A DNA stretch of 64,000 nt from a bacterium (GTDB lineage Bacteria; Arandabacterota; Arandabacteria; Arandabacterales; Arandabacteraceae), in NCBI GenBank assembly GCA_025774845.1, contig JALGZP010000011.1:479-64478 (forward strand). The letters are read 5' to 3'. The notes beneath the pieces were generated by a model. That model searched no databases and was not told the DNA's origin. It was given only the letters and a program-made list of their open reading frames with translations. Both the position numbers and the translations under genes were made by a program. Positions 58,512 through 64,000 of this stretch are shown here, one piece after another (the stretch's first letter is position 1; the number at the start of each line of letters is the position of its first letter).

Positions 58512-59204
58512 ATGGGAGATCGCAAGAAGAAAGGCAATACCCCGGATAAGGGATCGCAGAAATCAGCGGGACGGATCTTGTCCGAACAGGCTCTCTCTTA
58601 TTACCGGGGACTGATCGGACAGATCGAAATCGCATTACCCCGGCAGTCCTCGCGAGTCCTGCTGGTTTCGAGCTCGCTGGCGGGAGAGGGAACGACTGAG
58701 ACGGTGGTCGGCCTGGGGCTGACGCTTGCCGTGGCGTTGGGCAAGAAGACAGCCGTAATCGACTGCAATACTCATCATCCGGACTTGCACACGAGGTTCG
58801 GGACGCAGAAAGAGGGCGTGAGCGAGTATCTTCACGGTGAGATCCCCATCGAGCAGGCTCTGGTGAACACCACCGTTCCCAACCTGCATATAATGCCGCT
58901 CGGTGAGCATTTCGAGACTCTCTCTGCATACGACAAAGGGGATCTGGAGACATTCATTTCAGTCCTTCGGGAAAAGTTCGACTATGTGCTTGTCGATTCG
59001 GCGCCCGTGGGAACCAACCCGGAGTCGGTTGCCCTGTGTGACAAAGTCGATGCAGTAGTCCTGGTTGTCAAACACGGCAAGACCCGACGCGAAGTGGTCA
59101 TGAGAACCAAAGAGATAATCGAGAGGGCCGGTGGCAGACTGCTTGGAGTAGTGTTCAACAAGAGGACTTTTCCTATACCGGGCTTCGTCTACAACAGATT
59201 GTAG
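58512..59204 (+). CDS. CpsD/CapB-family tyrosine kinase homolog with degenerate Walker A
   Basis: SSLAGEGTT, IDCNTHHP, FDYVLVDSAP, GVVFN. Confidence 0.85.
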   Translation: MGDRKKKGNTPDKGSQKSAGRILSEQALSYYRGLIGQIEIALPRQSSRVLLVSSSLAGEGTTETVVGLGLTLAVALGKKTAVIDCNTHHPDLHTRFGTQKEGVSEYLHGEIPIEQALVNTTVPNLHIMPLGEHFETLSAYDKGDLETFISVLREKFDYVLVDSAPVGTNPESVALCDKVDAVVLVVKHGKTRREVVMRTKEIIERAGGRLLGVVFNKRTFPIPGFVYNRL

Positions 59205-59234
59205 CAGTGCTCCTGCGGGGGGGAGGGGCATTTC

Positions 59235-60746
59235 TTGATACATAGACTGAGTTCTAGGAGCGTGGAGGCACTCCTGAAACTGTTTCTGGTTACGGCCGTC
59301 GTGATCGGCGTCGCCTTGCGTTATGTGCACTTGGGAAGGCAGAGTCTCTGGGTCGATGAGATGCTGACAATCATGAACTCACACATCGGGACTCCGATGG
59401 CTGCGTCGGATGTGTTCCGGAATCTTCAGGGCCCGATGGTCTCGCTGATGATGCACCTCTGGGGTGCGATCGGGTCCGGAGAGGCATTCCTGCGCCTGCC
59501 GTTTGCACTGGCGGGCGGTTTCACGGTCGTCGCAGTATTCTACCTGGCCAGACGCCTCGTGGGCACGTGGGCTTCCCTGCATACAACGTTCTTCGTGGCG
59601 ATCTCGCCCATGCTGCTCTGGTATTCACAAGAGGTGAGAGGCTACGCATTTGTGGTTCTCTTCGGCGTACTGATGACATACTTCCTTGTCAGATGGATGG
59701 CCAGGCCGTCGACGAGAGATCTTGTTCTCTATGGACTGTTCCTGTTTGCCGCACTCGTCTCTAATCTGAGCGCGGCTTTTATCGCATTCGCCCATTTCCT
59801 CTATCTGTTGCTCACACCGTCGAGAAGGAGGTTGCTCGGCAAGTGGATCGTTGCGATCTTCGTTGTCCTCCTGGTCTTCTCACCATGGGTTCGTGAGATA
59901 ATGGTGCGAGTACATCCCGAAAAGGTGGTTACAGGTGATACGGGAACACCTTTGAGAGGCGGTGCCGAGCTTTCCGCCATGGTCGTACCATACTCCTTTT
60001 TCGCATACAGTGTGGGTTATTCCCTGGGGCCCTCGCTCAGGGATCTTAAGACGAGAAGAGCCGAAGCAATCAGGGAGAATATCCACTGGATTGCACTGGC
60101 CGCTGCAGTGTTTGCCATACCGGGGATCGTAGGCATCAGGAGCCTGCTCCGCACCAAACCGAATCTCCTGCTGCTGCTCGTTCTGTGGCTTGCAGTGCCG
60201 TTTCTGGCCATCATCGCTTTAGTCATTGGGAATGTGAAGGTCTTCACGCCGAGGTATGCGCTTGTCGCTTTTCCCGCGTACGCTCTGATTATAGGGCAGG
60301 GGCTTTCCGTTATCTCCAGGACACGGTTCTGGGTCCTTACCGTGATCCTGGCCGGTCTCTTGAGCATATCGATGTACAACTATTTCACCTCGCCAGTCTA
60401 CGGCAAGGACGATGCGAGGTCGGCGGCGCGGTTCATCGCCGAAGACTTGAGGGAGAAAGACGTTGTCGCAGGTGTGTACACCGCGGAGCCGCTGATGCAC
60501 TATCTCAAGGGGACGGCAGAGGTGGAGACCTTCGGCGCGGACGATATTAGTTCTCCTGAAAACATGGCCGCACGCTGCCGGTCGATCTCCGAGGGGGCCG
60601 GCCGGGTCTGGCTGAGCCTGTGCACTGAATGGCTTGTCGATCCGGACGGAAACATCCGGCGCTGGTTCGACGTCAACATGGATCTCGTGGCATTACATGA
60701 TTTTCCGGGTATTCGACTCTGTCTTTACGAGAAACGGAGTGAATAG
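59235..60746 (+). CDS. GT-C membrane glycosyltransferase (GT39/PMT-like)
   Basis: SLWVDE, LRLP, YSQEVRGY, PRY; many TMs. Confidence 0.8.
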   Translation: MIHRLSSRSVEALLKLFLVTAVVIGVALRYVHLGRQSLWVDEMLTIMNSHIGTPMAASDVFRNLQGPMVSLMMHLWGAIGSGEAFLRLPFALAGGFTVVAVFYLARRLVGTWASLHTTFFVAISPMLLWYSQEVRGYAFVVLFGVLMTYFLVRWMARPSTRDLVLYGLFLFAALVSNLSAAFIAFAHFLYLLLTPSRRRLLGKWIVAIFVVLLVFSPWVREIMVRVHPEKVVTGDTGTPLRGGAELSAMVVPYSFFAYSVGYSLGPSLRDLKTRRAEAIRENIHWIALAAAVFAIPGIVGIRSLLRTKPNLLLLLVLWLAVPFLAIIALVIGNVKVFTPRYALVAFPAYALIIGQGLSVISRTRFWVLTVILAGLLSISMYNYFTSPVYGKDDARSAARFIAEDLREKDVVAGVYTAEPLMHYLKGTAEVETFGADDISSPENMAARCRSISEGAGRVWLSLCTEWLVDPDGNIRRWFDVNMDLVALHDFPGIRLCLYEKRSE

Positions 60747-60749
60747 GAA

Positions 60750-62261
60750 TTGAAGGCACTGGTACAGAGAGCAGAGGGCTTCAAGGCGCCGGTCATGTTC
60801 ATAGTTCTCGCGGTGCTTTCCATGGCCATAGGCGTACTCGCGGGTTCTCGTGCAAGTTTTGACTTCAAGACCTTCTTTTACACCGTGGTACTCTCCAATG
60901 TCCTTGTAATTGCATACCTTCTACTGATCAAGAACATGGCCTACGGGGTACTTATATACCTCTACTCGCTGATCTTCCTGAACTACTACTGGCGGATCGT
61001 GATTCCGGGCACCTGGCCCGACATTGACATTCCGCGGCTCGTGTTTGTATTCATCTGGGTGATCTTCCTGCTTGAGATCGCAGTGGGGGGGAGACGCCTG
61101 TTGCCCAGAACCAGGATCGAGCCGGTGATGATGGCTATGGTTGCCGCCATACTGATCTCGATGAATACCAACGGGCAGGTGTTTATACGGCAGATGTTGA
61201 ACGGGTTCGCCATTCCGTATGCGATGTTCATCATCGCCAAGAACGTGTTCACCACACGGGACGGGCTTACGAAGTTCTTACGCTGGCTTTCCATCCCGTT
61301 GTCAATATACTTCCCCGTCAATCACATGTTTGAGCATTACAGAATCACCGCACTGGTCTTTCCCAAGTTTATTCTCAACCCTGCGATTTCCGGCCGGGAG
61401 GTGTTCTGGGGCGAAAGGACCATGGGTGTCTTTCTTCAGCCCTCGGTGACGGGTATGGCGATGGTATCGATGTTCGTGCTCAGTCTTTACAGTCTTTCAA
61501 GGATGAGGGGCGCCGTGGCGAGGATCTTGCCGTGGTTCCTGACCGGCGTGACACCGGTCGCGGTCTTCTTCAGTTACACAAGATCCGTTTATCTCGGCTT
61601 CTTCTTCGCGATGATGGCGCTCATCCTGTTCTCACGTAAATTGAAGGTCTACGCCCTGGTCATCGTTGTTGCAATAGCGCTTGGGGTTATGGGTAACTGG
61701 TCGAATGTTACAAGCGAGGACCGGAGTGCCGGCGGCATCGGGACAAAATCTACCGCGATAGGAAGGCTCACACTTCTGCAGGCATCGATGTCGATGTTTG
61801 TCGACCGCCCGCTTTTCGGGGTGGGATTTCAGAACTTCAGGAAGTACGCAGAGCCGTACGTCCGGCAGGTCAGGACAACGGTGCTGGGGTACCGCGAGTC
61901 ATGGATCGGCAAGGGCATAAGCCAGCACAATCACTTCCTGAGTATCCTTACCGAAACAGGTTTGATGGGAGTCATCCCGCTTCTTCTTGTCTGGTTCTTC
62001 GTATTGCAGGGCGTAATACGTGCGCGATCGGCGACCTCAGTCATGTACGATTCCGACTTCGTCGTAGTTGTCTTGGCAGTATTCGCGCAGTACCTGACCG
62101 CTTCCATGTTTATGGAGCCTAGATGGTTTGAGTTCATGAATACCCTACCGTATCTACTTGCCGGCATTGTAGTCGGCGGATACCAGAGAGCAACGCTGCC
62201 GGGACTTAACGGCGGCATGGCAGGTGAAAGGAGTGTACCACGTGAAGGTCCCGTTCGTTGA
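60750..62261 (+). CDS. O-antigen ligase/Wzy polymerase family protein
   Basis: R..GVFLQP, SYTRS, RPLFGVG, HNHFLSILTETGLMG. Confidence 0.85.
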   Translation: MKALVQRAEGFKAPVMFIVLAVLSMAIGVLAGSRASFDFKTFFYTVVLSNVLVIAYLLLIKNMAYGVLIYLYSLIFLNYYWRIVIPGTWPDIDIPRLVFVFIWVIFLLEIAVGGRRLLPRTRIEPVMMAMVAAILISMNTNGQVFIRQMLNGFAIPYAMFIIAKNVFTTRDGLTKFLRWLSIPLSIYFPVNHMFEHYRITALVFPKFILNPAISGREVFWGERTMGVFLQPSVTGMAMVSMFVLSLYSLSRMRGAVARILPWFLTGVTPVAVFFSYTRSVYLGFFFAMMALILFSRKLKVYALVIVVAIALGVMGNWSNVTSEDRSAGGIGTKSTAIGRLTLLQASMSMFVDRPLFGVGFQNFRKYAEPYVRQVRTTVLGYRESWIGKGISQHNHFLSILTETGLMGVIPLLLVWFFVLQGVIRARSATSVMYDSDFVVVVLAVFAQYLTASMFMEPRWFEFMNTLPYLLAGIVVGGYQRATLPGLNGGMAGERSVPREGPVR

Positions 62262-63351
62262 CCTCAAGGCGCAATACGCGGCCATGAAGGAGGAAATCCA
62301 CGCATCGATCATGGAGGTTGTCGAGAACACAGCATTTGTGGGCGGCAAGTACGTTGATCAATTCGAGAAGGATTTCGCGGAGTTCTGTGGATGCAAGTAT
62401 GCGGTCGGGATGAGCTCGGGCACTTCGGCTCTGCAGCTGGCGCTTCTCGGGCTGGGTGTAAAGCCCGGTGACGAGGTCATAACCGCAGCCAACACTTTCA
62501 TAGCCACCACGGAAGCCATAACCCACGCAGGGTGTTCCATCAGTCTTGTCGATGCCGATGCCGGAAACTTCAACATAGATCCGGCGCTCATTGAGGCGGC
62601 GATCACAGAGCGGACCAAGGTCCTTATCCCGGTTCACCTGTACGGTCAGACAGCGGACATGGATGCGGTCATGGAGATCGCGAAGAAACACAACCTCCTG
62701 GTGTTGGAGGACGCAGCTCAAGCCCAGGGTGCAGAATACAAGGGTAAGATGGCGGGCTCGCTGGGTGATGCCGCTTCGTTCAGCTTCTATCCTGCTAAGA
62801 ACCTTGGCGCTTACGGTGATGCCGGCATCGTGGTCACAAACGATGAGGCGGTAGCCGACCGGGTGCGGCTGTTCTCCAATCACGGCAGACGGAGCGCCAC
62901 CGATCACTCGGTTGAGGGTTTCAATGAGAGGCTTGACGGCATCCAGGCGGCGGTCCTTAGCACGAAGCTGCCAAGGCTTCAGAAGTGGAATGACTTAAGA
63001 CGGGAGGCTGCGGATCGTTACAACACGCTACTGAGCGGTCTTGACGTCGTCACACCTGGAGAGATGTCCTATGCAAAACATATATATCACCTCTATGTGA
63101 TCAGGATCCGTGAGCGGGACAAGGTGAGGGAGACCATGGCCGAAAAGGGAGTAGGCTGTGGTATGCACTACCCGATACCCATACACCTGCTTGACGCATA
63201 CAAGCGACTCGGAAAGTCCGCGGGTTCGTATCCTGTGACCGAGAAGGTCGCTTCTGAGATTCTCTCGCTGCCGATATTCCCGGAGATTACGCCGGAGCAG
63301 CAGGAGTACGTTGCACAGTCGTTGGCTGAGGTCCTTGAAAAGGTAGGATAG
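62242..63351 (+). CDS. DegT/DnrJ/EryC1/StrS sugar aminotransferase
   Basis: VPFVDL, SGTSAL, PVHLYGQ, EDAAQAQGA, SFYPAKNLGAYGDAG, SLPIFP. GTG 62242 follows an AAGGAG SD. Confidence 0.93.
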   Translation: MKVPFVDLKAQYAAMKEEIHASIMEVVENTAFVGGKYVDQFEKDFAEFCGCKYAVGMSSGTSALQLALLGLGVKPGDEVITAANTFIATTEAITHAGCSISLVDADAGNFNIDPALIEAAITERTKVLIPVHLYGQTADMDAVMEIAKKHNLLVLEDAAQAQGAEYKGKMAGSLGDAASFSFYPAKNLGAYGDAGIVVTNDEAVADRVRLFSNHGRRSATDHSVEGFNERLDGIQAAVLSTKLPRLQKWNDLRREAADRYNTLLSGLDVVTPGEMSYAKHIYHLYVIRIRERDKVRETMAEKGVGCGMHYPIPIHLLDAYKRLGKSAGSYPVTEKVASEILSLPIFPEITPEQQEYVAQSLAEVLEKVG

Positions 63352-64000
63352 ATGCACGTGGTCCAGAACAGAGGAACCGGCCGGAAGACCACCCGGAGTC
63401 CTGCGGTTTCGCAGCCGGGCCGGCGCAGCATTCTGACCAGGGGTCACTTCCTGTGGCTGCTTGACGTTGGCTGCCTCTGTCTGTCACTCTACCTGGCTTA
63501 CTGGGTGCGGATCGGTTCAGGCTTCTTCGGGGCCAGGGGTGTCTTTGACCTCGACCAGGGGCTTGCTCTCATAATGATCGTCCTGGCCTGGACTTCCATA
63601 TTTGCGATGGAGGGTCTCTACAGGCGTGCGAAGATTATCGCCGGCCTTGATCAGGTGATATCGATCGGGAAGAGCATCACGCTCGGGTTCCTGCTGCTTC
63701 TTGCGCTCTCCTTTGTCTGGAAGCGATACTACTTCGTGGAGACCAGGTTGATCCTCGCCGTCGGGTGGGCGCTGAGTATAGCTTTCCTGACCGTTGTCAG
63801 GGTGGGCATCGTAAGGGGTCTTCTCCGGACGCGATTGAAACACGCCGACGGTGTGAGAAGAGCGGCCGTGGTCGGGGCTATACCGTTTGCGAGGAGATTC
63901 ATAGGCAAGAACATGCCTCCCGACAACGGTTACCGTGTTGTGGGGTTTGTGGAAACGCATGACGGTGAGATCTCCTCGGACCTGGGACCGGAACACGTCC
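63352..64000 (+). CDS. Priming sugar transferase (WcaJ/WbaP-type), N-terminal part, truncated by window end
   Basis: Not in the ORF track. Open from ATG 63352: LLDVGCL..AYWVR, GLYRR, TRLIL, RAAVVGA, GYRVVGFV (TM region plus CoA_binding_3-like domain). Confidence 0.8.
   Translation, partial: MHVVQNRGTGRKTTRSPAVSQPGRRSILTRGHFLWLLDVGCLCLSLYLAYWVRIGSGFFGARGVFDLDQGLALIMIVLAWTSIFAMEGLYRRAKIIAGLDQVISIGKSITLGFLLLLALSFVWKRYYFVETRLILAVGWALSIAFLTVVRVGIVRGLLRTRLKHADGVRRAAVVGAIPFARRFIGKNMPPDNGYRVVGFVETHDGEISSDLGPEHV

Noticed and set aside
1-64000. tRNA, rRNA, integrase, transposase, prophage or defence genes
   Set aside because: None recognised. Intergenic gaps are short and almost all ORFs are housekeeping or envelope genes.

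Overview
A gene-dense, moderately GC-rich bacterial chromosomal segment from a diderm (LPS-producing) organism. The lpxC-fabZ fusion, DUF4837-like lipoprotein, mcsA-mcsB-clpC-bamA block and Minf_1886-like gene suggest an FCB-group or related uncultured lineage; this is inference. Left to right: a partial OmpP1/FadL-type outer-membrane gene coupled to a CxxCH, Trp/Tyr-rich lipoprotein; oadGAB Na+-pumping decarboxylase; ECF sigma, anti-sigma and an HtrA-like protein with a broken catalytic triad; pepP-efp-accB-pilT-like-accC-comB-thiD2-broken thiE-ftsK-rimO; a REP/MITE-like repeat cluster; response regulator-polA-coaE-prfB (+1 frameshift)-lysS-lolE/lolD-mcsA-mcsB-clpC-bamA-skp; the lipid A cluster (lpxD, lpxC-fabZ, lpxA, gnnA-like, lpxB, DUF374, waaA, lpxK); nadB; an NTPase; a lipoprotein-signal Memo-AMMECR1 fusion converging on a membrane spermidine-synthase-like gene; LPS core genes; and the start of a Wzy-type polysaccharide locus. 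That locus is preceded by sigma54 and sigma70 promoter motifs and a highly structured leader of about 170 nt ending in an intrinsic terminator. No rRNA, tRNA, CRISPR array or transposase was seen. The most unusual items are the structured leader, the heme-motif lipoprotein/FadL pair, several apparent pseudoenzymes, the exported Memo-AMMECR1 fusion, and two genes with deletion-plus-frameshift junctions.
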